From positions 31,924-95,923 of the forward strand of contig CACBRY010000001.1 in the NCBI GenBank assembly GCA_902541825.1: a stretch of 64,000 bases of DNA. Reading direction: 5' to 3'. Origin of the DNA: an uncultured Pelagibacteraceae bacterium (lineage in GTDB: Bacteria; Pseudomonadota; Alphaproteobacteria; Pelagibacterales; Pelagibacteraceae). Both the position numbers and the translations under genes were made by a program. Under the pieces are notes generated by a model. The model saw only the letters and a program-made list of their open reading frames with translations. It ran no database searches and was not told where the DNA came from. The number at the start of each line of letters is the position of its first letter. Position 1 is the stretch's first letter. Below are positions 51,567-62,586 of this stretch, piece by piece.

Positions 51567-52631
51567 GTGAAAAGAACGCTTGTTACAATTTTTTTATTTA
51601 CACTTTTTATAAATTATTCATTTGCTGATAATTTAAAATTTAAGAAGATTGTGAATTTAAAAGGTCCATGGGGATCTACTTTTATTAATGATACAGAATT
51701 ATTAATTACCGAAAAAAGTGGAGAAATTAAGTTAATAGATCTAAATACTAAAAAAATTTCTTCATTAAACCACAATCTTAATTATTTAGAGCATGGACAG
51801 GGTGGTTTATTAGATATTCTTTATAAAGATGATTTTGTATATATTTCATATACCGAAAATAGAGGAAATTGGAAAACTAGTACCTCAATAGCAAGATCGA
51901 AATTTAATGAAAAAGATTTAATCTTTAAAAATATTTTCCAAGCAAATCCACCTATTGACTCTGGATATCATTTTGGATCAAGGTTGGCGATCAAAGATGG
52001 TTATCTTTTCGCGTCTGCTGGTGAAAGAGGTCAAGGTATGATTGCACAAGATCCTACAAAGCATCCTGGTAGTATCATAAGAATAAATATTGATGGAAGT
52101 ATCCCAAAAGATAATCCAAAATTTCAGGGTAAATCAGATTGGTTACCAGAAATTTATCAAATAGGTATTAGAAATCCTCAAGGTCTAACTTTATCACCAT
52201 TTGATGAAAAAATTTATATGAGTAATCATGGAGCGAGAGGTGGGGATTGGTTCGGTGAAGCAAAAAAAGGTGAAAATTATGGATGGAAAATTTTAGGTTG
52301 GGGAGGGACAAACTATTCAGGCATTCCTATCGGTCCAAAATGGAAACCAGGTTTTACAAAAGCGATACAATATTGGGTGCCGTCCATAGCAACAAGTGCA
52401 ATCACAATTTATAAAGGAAAAGAGTTTAGTGAATGGGATGGACATGCTTTAATTACTTCACTTAAAGACAAATCTTTGAGAAAATTAATATTTGACGACT
52501 TATCTAATGTGAAAGAGGAAATCATATTTAAAAATAAAATTGGAAGAATAAGAGATATACAAGTACATCCTGATAACGGAAAAGTTTACTTTTTAGGAGA
52601 AGATGCTCTCTGGCTGATGGAGAAAATCTAA
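51567..52631 (+). CDS. PQQ-dependent aldose sugar dehydrogenase family beta-propeller
   Basis: GQGGLLD, HFGSR, GIRNPQG, NYGW, GRIRD; GTG at 51567 gives a signal peptide. Confidence 0.87.
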   Translation: MKRTLVTIFLFTLFINYSFADNLKFKKIVNLKGPWGSTFINDTELLITEKSGEIKLIDLNTKKISSLNHNLNYLEHGQGGLLDILYKDDFVYISYTENRGNWKTSTSIARSKFNEKDLIFKNIFQANPPIDSGYHFGSRLAIKDGYLFASAGERGQGMIAQDPTKHPGSIIRINIDGSIPKDNPKFQGKSDWLPEIYQIGIRNPQGLTLSPFDEKIYMSNHGARGGDWFGEAKKGENYGWKILGWGGTNYSGIPIGPKWKPGFTKAIQYWVPSIATSAITIYKGKEFSEWDGHALITSLKDKSLRKLIFDDLSNVKEEIIFKNKIGRIRDIQVHPDNGKVYFLGEDALWLMEKI

Positions 52632-52688
52632 TTTTTTAGATGTAAGTAACCACTTAATTCGATTAAAAGATTATATCTAAATAAATTT

Positions 52689-53588
52689 ATGAATTGGGTA
52701 GTTTTTACAATTTTAGCAGCTTTTTTTCAAAATCTAAGAACTTCATTACAGAAAAAATTAAATAAAGATTTATCATTGGTTGCTTCTGCATACGTAAGAT
52801 TTGCCTTTGCATTACCATTTGCTTTTGTATTATTTTTTTTTTTTCACGATTTTAATATCATTTCAGATATTCTAGATCAAACTAACTTCATTTTTTTTAC
52901 TTTTTTAGGATCTATTTTACAAGTTACTTTTACAATAACGTTATTATACCTTTTTAGATTTTCGAATTTTGTTGTCGGTACTTCACTAAGTAAAACGGAA
53001 GTTATTCAAATTGCGATTTTTGAATATATCATATTAAAAGATAAACTAAATTTGCTTGGTGTTTTTGGAATAATAATTGCAACACTTGGGGTTATTATTA
53101 TTTCGATCAAAGATTATAAATTGTTTTTTAAAAATTTTTTTTCAAAGGTAACACTTATTGGATTGGGAGCGGGACTTTTACTGGGTCTCAGTGTTGTCTA
53201 TTTTAGGGCAGCAGCACTAACACTGGAAAATTTTTCATCAAACTTTGATAAAGCGCTTACTACAGTTTTTTTTGCTTTAATAATTCAAACTATAATCATT
53301 AGCGCATATTTGATAATTTTTGAAAAATCGGAATTCAAAAAATTTTTTGATAATAAATTTGAAATATGCTTGACTGGGTTAGCTGGTTTTTTAGCGACAC
53401 TATCTTGGTTTTTTGCTTTCACTTTAATTCAAGCATCTTTTGTTAGAGCTGTTGGTCAAATTGAAATATTTTTTAGTTACATCTCATCAAAATATCTTTT
53501 TAAAGAAAAAATAACTCTTATTGAAATTTTAGGTATTTTGATATTTATAGCTGGTGCAACTTTATTGCTTTTAACAAGATCAATTTAA
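52689..53588 (+). CDS. DMT family transporter
   Basis: ~10 TM helices, AAFFQNLR, YVRF, SKTE, VRAVGQIE. Confidence 0.85.
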   Translation: MNWVVFTILAAFFQNLRTSLQKKLNKDLSLVASAYVRFAFALPFAFVLFFFFHDFNIISDILDQTNFIFFTFLGSILQVTFTITLLYLFRFSNFVVGTSLSKTEVIQIAIFEYIILKDKLNLLGVFGIIIATLGVIIISIKDYKLFFKNFFSKVTLIGLGAGLLLGLSVVYFRAAALTLENFSSNFDKALTTVFFALIIQTIIISAYLIIFEKSEFKKFFDNKFEICLTGLAGFLATLSWFFAFTLIQASFVRAVGQIEIFFSYISSKYLFKEKITLIEILGILIFIAGATLLLLTRSI

Positions 53589-53591
53589 TCT

Positions 53592-53858
53592 TTAATTATT
53601 TAATAATTTATTTTTTGCCTTTTCAAACTCTTCTTGAGTTAATACACCGCTTTCTCTTAATGAGTTCAATTTTTCTAATTCATTACTCAAAGATTTGTCA
53701 GTGTTTGATTCCTCATTATTTTCATCTATTTCATTTTCATCTTTATTAGCTTGGTTAGCTTGTTTCGCACTAACACCACTCATGATAGCTCTCGTCCCTA
53801 AGTATAAAACAAAGAATAAAATAGGAATTACCAGTCCAAAAAAAATTAATTTTTCCAT
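53592..53858 (-). CDS. SHOCT domain membrane protein
   Basis: N-terminal TM; ELEKLNSLRESGVLTQEEFEKAKNKLL. Confidence 0.85.
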   Translation of the reverse strand: MEKLIFFGLVIPILFFVLYLGTRAIMSGVSAKQANQANKDENEIDENNEESNTDKSLSNELEKLNSLRESGVLTQEEFEKAKNKLLNN

Positions 53859-53861
53859 TAC

Positions 53862-54065
53862 CTATTCATCATCCTCTTCTCTCCAATTTTTTTCATACAT
53901 TAGCCAAGCTGCATATATAACTGAAAATGTTCCAACAATCATACCATAATCAAAACCTGTTTGTTGATCATATAAGTACCAGCCCAATTGGGTCGCTCCA
54001 ATGGTAGGAACTGTTAAAATTAAGAATACAATTGCAATTCTATAAGGATATTTAGGTTTCTTCAC
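53862..54065 (-). CDS. Small 2-TM membrane protein
   Basis: GTG start with GAGG SD, 67 aa. Confidence 0.7.
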   Translation of the reverse strand: MKKPKYPYRIAIVFLILTVPTIGATQLGWYLYDQQTGFDYGMIVGTFSVIYAAWLMYEKNWREEDDE

Positions 54066-54101
54066 ACCTCAAAATATCAAAAAATTTAATAGGTTGTAAC
54101 T

Positions 54102-54947
54102 TTAAAGTTGCGATCTTTTGAAACACTCTACAGTATTTTTTAATAAACAAGCGATTGTCATTGGCCCAACTCCACCTGGAACCGGTGTTAAAGCTTTAGC
54201 ATTTTTTGAAACTTCATCAAATGCAACATCACCAACAATACCTTTGTCGGTTTTATTAATTCCAACGTCAATTACGATTGTGTCTTTTTTAACCCAATCT
54301 CCTTTAACAAGTTCAGGGATACCGACAGCAGCAATAATAATATCTGCTTCTAAACATTCGGCCTTGAGATCTTTTGTTTTTGAGTGGGTAATTGTTACCG
54401 TGCAATTTTCTTTTAAAAGAAGTTGTGTCATTGGTTTACCATTTAAATTAGATCTTCCGACTACAACTGCTTTTTTTCCACTTAAGTTTGGCTCAATCTT
54501 TTTAATTAATAAATAACAGCCTAGTGGAGTACAGGGGACAGAACTTTCGTAACCTGAAGAAAGATTACCAACATTCATAGGATGAAATCCATCAACGTCT
54601 TTAGATGGATGAATAGCCTCAATAATTTTTTGTTTATCGATATGTTTTGGCAAAGGTAACTGAACTAAAATACCTGAAACGCTCTTATCTTTATTTAGAT
54701 CATTAATCTTGTCCAAAATAACTTTTTCTTCCACAGAGTCTGGGTATTTAATTACGTCAGACTTTAAACCAACCTCTTTTGCTGATTTCTCTTTGTTCCT
54801 TACATATATTTGACTAGGGGTAAGATCTCCAATCAAAATCACAGTTAAACCTGGTACTTTATTATACTTATTTTTTAATTCAGCTACTTCTTGTTTAAGT
54901 TCTTCTCTTAACTCTGCTGCTGCTTTTTTTCCGTCAATTAGAATCAT
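54102..54947 (-). CDS. folD: Methylenetetrahydrofolate dehydrogenase/cyclohydrolase
   Basis: YVRNK, VQLPLP, KDVDGFH, PCTP, TPVPGGVGPMT; start MILIDGK. Confidence 0.97.
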   Translation of the reverse strand: MILIDGKKAAAELREELKQEVAELKNKYNKVPGLTVILIGDLTPSQIYVRNKEKSAKEVGLKSDVIKYPDSVEEKVILDKINDLNKDKSVSGILVQLPLPKHIDKQKIIEAIHPSKDVDGFHPMNVGNLSSGYESSVPCTPLGCYLLIKKIEPNLSGKKAVVVGRSNLNGKPMTQLLLKENCTVTITHSKTKDLKAECLEADIIIAAVGIPELVKGDWVKKDTIVIDVGINKTDKGIVGDVAFDEVSKNAKALTPVPGGVGPMTIACLLKNTVECFKRSQL

Positions 54948-54952
54948 AAGTT

Positions 54953-55243
54953 TTAAAAAATTAAAGGTGCGATGTAGAGTTTCATACACATTTCTATAAA
55001 CCAAATCAATAGAAGTAATATAATGGGTGAAATATCTAAGGATCCTAAATTAGGTAAAAAACGTCTTATTTTATTTAGTATAGGATCTGTTAAACGATAT
55101 GTTAATTCCAAAATTGAATAAACAAATCTGTTTTGTGTATTTAAAACATTAAAAGCAACCAACCAGCTTATAATTACATTCGCTATTACTACGTAAGAAT
55201 AAAGCTTTAATATTTGTAAAGCTAAATAAAAAACGGCTATCAT
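54953..55243 (-). CDS. YggT family membrane protein
   Basis: ISWLVAFNVLN, LTDPIL, DISPI. Confidence 0.9.
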   Translation of the reverse strand: MIAVFYLALQILKLYSYVVIANVIISWLVAFNVLNTQNRFVYSILELTYRLTDPILNKIRRFLPNLGSLDISPIILLLLIWFIEMCMKLYIAPLIF

Positions 55244-56325
55244 TTTTTTTCTATATAAATAGACGAACTTGGGAATGCAAAAGATGCTTTGTTTTTTTCG
55301 ACAATTTTTTTAATTTCAATTGCTAATTTCTCTTTTACTGATAGCCATTCATTCCAACTGTCTGATTTAGTAAAACAACGAACATACATATCAATTGAAC
55401 TATCAGAAAATTTGTCAACTCTTACTGCAATTCCAATACTAGTATTAAAGTCCTCACTTTTTTGAATGTGATCTTCAATTTCATTTCTTATTGTTTTTAA
55501 TTGATCAACCGTTGTGTCATATTGAAGAGTAATAATCCAACTTATTAACCAATTCGAAGTTTCACTTACATTTACAACTGCATTTTCGGCAAATTGAAAG
55601 TTGGGAATAATAGCTAGTGATTTATCAAATTTTCTTATTGTTGTTGATCTAAATCCAATTTTTTCAACAATACCCTCTATAATTCCCTCTACTAATATCC
55701 AATCACCAATTTTAAATCTTTTTTCAACTAAAACTAAAATACCTGAAATCAAATTTTTAAATAAATCTTGGGCACCTAAAGCTACTGCAACACCAAATAA
55801 ACCAAGACCAGCAATAATTGGTCCTATCTTTATTCCCCAAAGTTCTAATACAGCAGCTAGACCTAAAATAAAAATAAGTATTTTTAAGGATTTAATGATC
55901 CAACCAATTAACTCTCTTGTTAAAAGTTTATCAAGTCCACTTAAAATATAAGACACAGGTTCAATAATTTGATGTATCACCCAAAAGATTAAAATTGTTA
56001 TTAAAGTTCTATTTATTGTGTCAACAACTTCTCTACCTTCAATTGAAAAAGTCATATAATAACTTGCCATAAAAAAACCCAAGACAATTGGTAAAAATCT
56101 TGCTGGTCCAATCAATGCAGACACAAAAGTATCATCTAATTTATTAGTCGTTCTTTTAGAAATTATCTCTAATTTTTTAATAATAAGTTTACTTATTAAT
56201 CCTCTAAATATTAAAAAAATTAAAAATATTCCAATACCAATTAATATTTGAAAAATATCTACTCCTAGAATCCCTCTGTTCCAGACTGATAAAAAGACTT
56301 CAGAAAAATTATTTATTATTTCCAT
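55240..56325 (-). CDS. Small-conductance mechanosensitive channel (MscS family)
   Basis: GLGLFGVAVALGAQD, FKIGDWI, GFRST, IPN, FAFPS. Confidence 0.92.
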   Translation of the reverse strand: MEIINNFSEVFLSVWNRGILGVDIFQILIGIGIFLIFLIFRGLISKLIIKKLEIISKRTTNKLDDTFVSALIGPARFLPIVLGFFMASYYMTFSIEGREVVDTINRTLITILIFWVIHQIIEPVSYILSGLDKLLTRELIGWIIKSLKILIFILGLAAVLELWGIKIGPIIAGLGLFGVAVALGAQDLFKNLISGILVLVEKRFKIGDWILVEGIIEGIVEKIGFRSTTIRKFDKSLAIIPNFQFAENAVVNVSETSNWLISWIITLQYDTTVDQLKTIRNEIEDHIQKSEDFNTSIGIAVRVDKFSDSSIDMYVRCFTKSDSWNEWLSVKEKLAIEIKKIVEKNKASFAFPSSSIYIEKK

Positions 56326-56327
56326 AA

Positions 56328-57026
56328 TTAAATTTTATATAACAAAAATTCCTCTTCTCCAGGATTAAAAAGAAATATCTTTTTCCACTTAATTTCATTT
56401 AATTTAGCTGATGTTTTTTCGCCTATACACATCAAATTAGTACTCATCCAAAGACTTTCTAGCTGATTAAATTTTATGAACTTTAAAAGACTTGATGCGC
56501 TATTTTGTGAATAAACGTAAACCATATCAGGCATATCAAGTTTTAACTTATTGATAAAATCATTATCAAATTTTTCATTATGTACAGTTTCATAGTTTAT
56601 CAACCTCTTAACTTCATATCCCTCATTTTGCAGTTGATTATCAAGATCCACCGAGATGTTTTCTCCACTTACATAAATTAATTTACCTTCTGTTTTATCA
56701 AAATTCTGCAATATCAATTCTTTCAAATTTAGAACGTTTCCCTCTGCAGCAATTGTATTGGAAAAACCATGGTCTCTTGCTTCTTGTTCGGTTGCATTTC
56801 CTACGCAAAAACATTTTATATTTTTATCTAGTCCGTTTAAATTTAAAAATCTTACAGCATTAGAACTTGTAAAAATAATACCTTTAAACTTAGAAAGATC
56901 TATTTCTTCATGTAGAATTCTTTTGATTGATAATAAAGGTAAATGTGAGACCTTATGACCAAGAGACTGAAATTTAATGATCATTTCAGAACAATCTTCT
57001 AAAGGTCTGGTTAATAGAATATGCAT
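56328..57026 (-). CDS. hemD: Uroporphyrinogen-III synthase
   Basis: LLTRP, FTSSNAV, VGNAT; follows hemC. Confidence 0.9.
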   Translation of the reverse strand: MHILLTRPLEDCSEMIIKFQSLGHKVSHLPLLSIKRILHEEIDLSKFKGIIFTSSNAVRFLNLNGLDKNIKCFCVGNATEQEARDHGFSNTIAAEGNVLNLKELILQNFDKTEGKLIYVSGENISVDLDNQLQNEGYEVKRLINYETVHNEKFDNDFINKLKLDMPDMVYVYSQNSASSLLKFIKFNQLESLWMSTNLMCIGEKTSAKLNEIKWKKIFLFNPGEEEFLLYKI

Positions 57027-57027
57027 T

Positions 57028-57945
57028 TTATCTTTTATAAGAATTATTCGATTTTGTTTTTAAAATTTGACCAATCTCATTTCCAAGTTCTCTAAAATTT
57101 TCTAATTTATCAGATTTTTTTTCATAAAATCTTTGTGAACCATCTAATGAGAAGAGCTCAGCTTCCACTGTAATTTTGTTTTCATCTATTTTAGAATGAA
57201 TTCCAACTGCTGTTTCACAATCCCCCTCTAAAATTTTTAGAATATTTCTTTCAGCATGTGCTCTTTTATAGGTCTCTTTATGATTAATCTTTTTTAACAT
57301 TGAAATCATATCTCCATCATTTTTTCTACACTGTATAGCAATTATCCCTTGCCCTGCACTTGGAATTATTTCATCAATAGAAAAAATTTCTGAAATTTTA
57401 TCCTCTAATTTAAGGTATTTTATTCCAGCATAAGATAAAATTATCGCATCATACTCACCATCTGCTAATTTTTTTATTCTAGTGTCAACATTCCCTCTTA
57501 TAAGTTTACAATTAACATCAGGCCTTATCTTTTTAATTTGAAATTGTCTCCTATAAGAAGATGTTCCAATAACAGCATTCTGTTTTAAATCTTTAAATTT
57601 TTTATTTCCATTAATTATTGCGATTTCTCTTGCATCAGTTCTTTCGAGAAATGTATCTGTTAAAAGACCATTGGTCTCAATTGCTGGCATGTCTTTTAGT
57701 GCATGAACAGCTATATCTATATTATGTTTTTGGAGCTGTTGTTCAATACTACTTGAAAACAAACCTTTGCCACCAATATCGGATAATCTGGTATCTAGTA
57801 TCTCATCACCTTTGGTAGAAATTTTTTTAATATTTATATCCTGATCAATAAAGTTGGTTACCTCAATAATTTTCTCTTTTACTTTTTGTGCATATAATAA
57901 TGCTAACTTACTTCCCCGGGACCCAATTGTTATTTTCTTTTTCAT
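57028..57945 (-). CDS. hemC: Hydroxymethylbilane synthase
   Basis: GSRGSKLAL, GGKGLF, VHALKD, GTSSYRR, RGNVDTR, cofactor Cys in EGDCET. Confidence 0.96.
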   Translation of the reverse strand: MKKKITIGSRGSKLALLYAQKVKEKIIEVTNFIDQDINIKKISTKGDEILDTRLSDIGGKGLFSSSIEQQLQKHNIDIAVHALKDMPAIETNGLLTDTFLERTDAREIAIINGNKKFKDLKQNAVIGTSSYRRQFQIKKIRPDVNCKLIRGNVDTRIKKLADGEYDAIILSYAGIKYLKLEDKISEIFSIDEIIPSAGQGIIAIQCRKNDGDMISMLKKINHKETYKRAHAERNILKILEGDCETAVGIHSKIDENKITVEAELFSLDGSQRFYEKKSDKLENFRELGNEIGQILKTKSNNSYKR

Positions 57946-58000
57946 AAAAAAATCATTTCTTACTTGTATTGGGATTGTACAATTATTAAAAACTATTTGT

Positions 58001-59074
58001 ATGAATAAAAAACCCTTAATTCTTGGAATAGAAACTAGCTGTGATGAGACTGCAGCATCTTTAATTTCAGAAAATGAGCAAGGAATACCAATAATTCTCT
58101 CTAATATTATTTCTAGCCAAACAGAAGTGCATAAAGAATTTGGTGGAGTTGTTCCTGAACTTGCTGCCAGATCCCATTTAGAAAAAATTGATTGGATTGT
58201 TCAAAAGGCTTTGGATGAAAGTGGAAAAAAAATAGACGAAATAGATGCAGTTGCTGCAACAGCCGGACCAGGATTGGTTGTTTGCTTATCAGTTGGTTTA
58301 AGTTTTGGTAAAACTTTTGCTAATTTGATTAAAAAACCATTTATTGCAGTTAATCATTTAGAAGGCCATGCCTTAAGTCCAAGAATTAACTCAAAAATAG
58401 ATTACCCATATTTATTTTTATTGATCTCAGGTGGACACTCACAATTTTTAAATGTTAAAGGACTTGGAAATTATAAAAGATTGGGCACTACTATAGATGA
58501 TGCTTTAGGTGAAGCATTTGATAAAACTGCAAAATTATTAGGAATAGAATTTCCAGGTGGACCCAAAATTGAGGTTTTTGCTGAAAAGGGAAATCCTGAA
58601 AGATATAAGTTACCAAAGCCAATTATTAATAGGGGTGGTTGTAACTTATCATTTGCAGGCTTGAAGACAGCAGTTTTAAAAATATCAAAAAAGATAAAAA
58701 CAGAACAAGATAAATTTGATTTAGCAGCGTCTTTTCAAAAAACAATAATAGAAATCCTGTATAAAAAAACAAAGATTGCTTTTTTAGAGTTCGAGAAACA
58801 AAGTAATCTAAATAAAAAAATTTTTGTTATTGCCGGTGGTGTTGCTGCTAACAAAAAAATTAGATCAATGTTAATTAATTTATGTAAAGAAAAGAATTAT
58901 GAAAGTATATTTCCACCAATAGAACTCTGTGGTGATAATGCTGCAATGATAGGGATGGCAGGCTTAGAAAAATTTAAATTAAATCAATTCAATGATTTGG
59001 ATTATCCAGCAAAACCCAGATGGCCACTAGATGAAAAAGCTAATTTCTTAAAAGGAGCAGGTGTAAAATTATAA
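58001..59074 (+). CDS. tsaD: tRNA N6-adenosine threonylcarbamoyltransferase
   Basis: GIETSCDETA, GGVVPELAAR, HLEGH, DDALGEAFDK, DNAAMI; start ATG 58001. Confidence 0.96.
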   Translation: MNKKPLILGIETSCDETAASLISENEQGIPIILSNIISSQTEVHKEFGGVVPELAARSHLEKIDWIVQKALDESGKKIDEIDAVAATAGPGLVVCLSVGLSFGKTFANLIKKPFIAVNHLEGHALSPRINSKIDYPYLFLLISGGHSQFLNVKGLGNYKRLGTTIDDALGEAFDKTAKLLGIEFPGGPKIEVFAEKGNPERYKLPKPIINRGGCNLSFAGLKTAVLKISKKIKTEQDKFDLAASFQKTIIEILYKKTKIAFLEFEKQSNLNKKIFVIAGGVAANKKIRSMLINLCKEKNYESIFPPIELCGDNAAMIGMAGLEKFKLNQFNDLDYPAKPRWPLDEKANFLKGAGVKL

Positions 59075-59484
59075 TGCAATACTGGTTACTTAAATCAGAG
59101 CCTGACGTTTGGTCAATTGATCAACAAAAAAAAGTTGGCGAAAAAGGAGCACCCTGGGACGGTGTAAGAAACTATCAAGCAGCTAAGAATTTAAAAACTA
59201 TGAAAAAGGGTGATCAATGTTTTTTTTATCACTCAAATATTGGAAAAGAAATTGTTGGAATAGTAGAAGTTGTGAAAGAACATTACATTGATAAAACAGA
59301 CAAATCAGGAAGATTTGTTGCTGTGACTGTTAAGTTTTTGAAAAGACTTAATAACCCTGTGTCTTTAGAGCAAATTAAAAAAAACAAGGATTTAAGCCAT
59401 TTATCTTTAATTAAACAAAGTAGATTATCTGTAATGCCTATTGACTCTAAAAGCTGGAAGATTTTAAATAAAATGAGTAAATAA
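59074..59484 (+). CDS. EVE domain protein
   Basis: [28 protein letters not shown]. Confidence 0.93.
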   Translation: MQYWLLKSEPDVWSIDQQKKVGEKGAPWDGVRNYQAAKNLKTMKKGDQCFFYHSNIGKEIVGIVEVVKEHYIDKTDKSGRFVAVTVKFLKRLNNPVSLEQIKKNKDLSHLSLIKQSRLSVMPIDSKSWKILNKMSK

Positions 59485-59492
59485 TAAAAAAA

Positions 59493-61580
59493 ATGCCAAA
59501 AAAAAAGAAATCAAAAAAGAAAAAAACCAAAAAGACAAAGAAAAAAAAATCTTCAAAAAAAAGAAGAAAAATTAAAAGAGTCTCAAAAACTAAAAGATCT
59601 GCAGCTAAAAGATTTAAAAAGAAAAATATCGATAAATCATCATCTAACGATCAAGTAATTAAAACTAAACCTGAATGGGTAAAAAGGAGTTTAGCAAATA
59701 AAGCTCAATATCAAAAAAAATATTCTGATTCTATTAAAAATAATAATTCATTTTGGAAAAAAGAAGGAAAGAGAATTACTTGGATAAAACCTTACAAAAA
59801 AATTAAAGATGTCAAATATAGTAAAGACGAAGTAAGAATTAAATGGTTTGAAGATGGTACTTTAAACGCATCTGCAAATTGTATTGATCGTCATCTAAAA
59901 GATAAAAAAGATAAAACTGCAATTATATGGGTAGGGGATGATCCTAAAGATACTCAAAAAATTTCTTATAAGCAATTACATCAAAAAGTTTCAAAAGCTG
60001 CTAATGGTCTAAAAAAACTAGGGATACAAAAAGGCGACCGTGTCACTATTTATTTGACGATGATACCTGAATTAGCAATACTGATGTTGGCTTGTGCAAG
60101 AATAGGTGCCGTCCACTCAATAATTTTTGGTGGTTTCTCTGCAGAGTCAATTTCAGGAAGAGTGAATGATTGTAAATCAGAATATATAATTACTGCTGAT
60201 GAGGGAGTAAGAGGAGGCAAAACTATTCCTTTAAAAGCAACGACAGATGAAGCTTTATCAAATTGTCCAGATGTTAAAAAATGTATTGTAGTAAAGAGAA
60301 CTGGTAATTATGTATATTGGGATCAAGATCGAGATGTCTGGTATCACGACCTAATTAAGGATGTACCAAATCATTGTGAGCCTGAGGAAATGAGTGCAGA
60401 AGATCCTTTATTTATTCTCTATACATCAGGATCAACCGGAAAGCCTAAGGGAGTATTACATACCACTGGAGGATATATGGTTTATGCTTCTATGACTCAT
60501 CAATATATTTTCAATTATAAACCGAATGACATTTATTGGTGTACAGCAGATATTGGATGGGTAACTGGTCATAGCTATATAATTTATGGACCATTAGCTA
60601 ATGGTGCAACAACCATTATGTTCGAAGGTGTTCCAAATTACCCAGATAGTTCAAGGTGGTGGCAGATAGTAGACAAATATAAAGTCAATACTTTTTATAC
60701 AGCACCAACAGCTATAAGGGCCTTGATGAGAGAAGGTGATGGCCCAGTTAATAAAACTACTAGAAAATCTCTAAAACTATTAGGAACTGTTGGAGAACCT
60801 ATAAATCCAGAAGCGTGGATGTGGTATTACAAAACTGTTGGTAATTCAAAATGTCCAATAGTCGATACGTGGTGGCAAACAGAAACGGGAGGAATTCTTA
60901 TAGCACCACAAACTGGAGCTATTCCACTTAAACCCGGATCAGCAACAAAACCTTTTTACGGAATTAAACCAGTGCTAGTAAATAAAGACGGTAAAGAAAT
61001 AAAAGGTGAAGGTGAAGGAAGACTTTGTATAGCTCAATCTTGGCCTGGTCAAATGAGAACCGTATATGGTGATCATCAAAGATTTATCGATACATATTTT
61101 TCACAGTTTGATGGAAAATATTTCACTGGAGATGGATGTAAAAGAGATAAAGATGGCTACTATTGGATAACTGGCAGAGTAGATGATGTAATTATTGTCT
61201 CTGGTCATAACCTTGGTACTGCTGAAATTGAAAGTGCCTTTGTTGCACATCCCAAAGTAGCTGAGGCTGCTGTGGTTGGGTATCCCCATGATATTAAAGG
61301 AAATGGTTTATATTGTTATGTCACCCTTAATGCAGGTGAGAGTGAGACAGGAGATTTAGATAGAGAGCTTAAACTTTGGGTGAGAAAACAAATAGGGCCT
61401 TTGGCAACACCAGATCTAATTCATTTTACGCCAGGGCTTCCAAAAACAAGATCTGGGAAAATTATGAGAAGAATTTTAAGAAAGATTGCAGCAAATGAGC
61501 ACGGACAGCTAGGTGATACAACTACTCTTGCTGATCCAGGTGTGGTCGATAGCTTAGTTGAAAATAGAAAAAATATTTAA
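59493..61580 (+). CDS. acs: Acetyl-CoA synthetase with Lys/Arg-rich N-terminal extension
   Basis: [30 protein letters not shown]. Confidence 0.96.
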   Translation: MPKKKKSKKKKTKKTKKKKSSKKRRKIKRVSKTKRSAAKRFKKKNIDKSSSNDQVIKTKPEWVKRSLANKAQYQKKYSDSIKNNNSFWKKEGKRITWIKPYKKIKDVKYSKDEVRIKWFEDGTLNASANCIDRHLKDKKDKTAIIWVGDDPKDTQKISYKQLHQKVSKAANGLKKLGIQKGDRVTIYLTMIPELAILMLACARIGAVHSIIFGGFSAESISGRVNDCKSEYIITADEGVRGGKTIPLKATTDEALSNCPDVKKCIVVKRTGNYVYWDQDRDVWYHDLIKDVPNHCEPEEMSAEDPLFILYTSGSTGKPKGVLHTTGGYMVYASMTHQYIFNYKPNDIYWCTADIGWVTGHSYIIYGPLANGATTIMFEGVPNYPDSSRWWQIVDKYKVNTFYTAPTAIRALMREGDGPVNKTTRKSLKLLGTVGEPINPEAWMWYYKTVGNSKCPIVDTWWQTETGGILIAPQTGAIPLKPGSATKPFYGIKPVLVNKDGKEIKGEGEGRLCIAQSWPGQMRTVYGDHQRFIDTYFSQFDGKYFTGDGCKRDKDGYYWITGRVDDVIIVSGHNLGTAEIESAFVAHPKVAEAAVVGYPHDIKGNGLYCYVTLNAGESETGDLDRELKLWVRKQIGPLATPDLIHFTPGLPKTRSGKIMRRILRKIAANEHGQLGDTTTLADPGVVDSLVENRKNI

Positions 61581-62200
61581 AACTTTATTCTTTCATTAAA
61601 TTCTTTTTTTACAACATCCCATTTTAGAATAACTGAATTTAGAACTATTTTGCGATCTAAAGTTTTTAAATCTTCTGCAATTGGTGCCCACTTATACAAA
61701 GATAAAGCACTTGGATTAAATGGTAAATCATTGTGATGATCATCCCAGTTAATATTTTGTATTCTTTCATCAAAACTTTTTTTTGCATTTTCTATAATAT
61801 CAATCGGCATCTTATTTGAAATTTCATCGTCCAAAATTTTTAAAAAAATTTCTTTTGCTTTCTCTATGTCTTGGTAATTAAAATTTGCTTTCAATTTTGA
61901 AAATGTAAACAATGTAAGATCTTGAAGAGCAACTGCATAAATATTCCACTTAGCCAAGTTAACTGAGTCCATAAAAGTATCATTCTCAAAATGAAGAACA
62001 TACCTAGTTCCCATCCTCGTTTTAAGATAGCCGTAAAGAGTGACCTGACTCACCCAGGCAGATTTTGTTTGAATAAACATTTCAAGTTCATCCAAATTGC
62101 TAATTTTCCCCTTGGGAATGAAAGCTTTGAACATGGCGAAAAGATAAGTCTTAAAATCATGCCAAGTTAAGTCCCTCCACGTTAATTTGTATTTTCCCAT
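61577..62200 (-). CDS. Conserved hypothetical protein
   Basis: 207-aa ORF from ATG 62200 with a [12 protein letters not shown] motif; function unknown. Confidence 0.7.
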   Translation of the reverse strand: MGKYKLTWRDLTWHDFKTYLFAMFKAFIPKGKISNLDELEMFIQTKSAWVSQVTLYGYLKTRMGTRYVLHFENDTFMDSVNLAKWNIYAVALQDLTLFTFSKLKANFNYQDIEKAKEIFLKILDDEISNKMPIDIIENAKKSFDERIQNINWDDHHNDLPFNPSALSLYKWAPIAEDLKTLDRKIVLNSVILKWDVVKKEFNERIKF

Positions 62201-62325
62201 AAAAAGCCCTATTTTTGACACTTATAACTTGAAAAGGCTAGTAAATTTACCAATTTTAACACTTTAAATCTATTTCATAATGGTTATGGTTTTCGCCAGT
62301 TATAACTAAAAAGAGAGAGGTATAA

Positions 62326-62586
62326 ATGTCAAAACAAGAACAACACTGGGAAAAATCCAAAGGTTTGCTAATGATGACGTTAGCAATTTGGTTTGTTTTC
62401 TCAATTGGCATCTTCCTATTCGGGGCTGAAATGAACGAGGTTACGGGACCATTTGGTTATCCGTTAACTTATTGGTTTACATGTCAAGGTTCTCTTGGAA
62501 TTTTCGTATTACTGATTTTCTGGTTTGCGAACAGGCAAGAAAAAATTGATGAAGAGTTCGGCTTCAGTGAAAGAGGAGATGACTAA
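62326..62586 (+). CDS. DUF4212-type symporter small subunit
   Basis: 2 TM helices, GYPLTYWFTCQGS; coupled to the SSS gene; SD GAGG. Confidence 0.85.
   Translation: MSKQEQHWEKSKGLLMMTLAIWFVFSIGIFLFGAEMNEVTGPFGYPLTYWFTCQGSLGIFVLLIFWFANRQEKIDEEFGFSERGDD

Noticed and set aside
57854-58000. Extended N-termini in the ORF track (tsaD; also ffh, folD, rplS, PQQ-DH, CRTAC1)
   Set aside because: They overlap neighbouring genes or leaders; downstream starts match family N-termini
62222-62325. Palindromes gtaaatttac and agttataact upstream of DUF4212 as operators
   Set aside because: 10-bp AT-rich palindromes are expected by chance at this base composition
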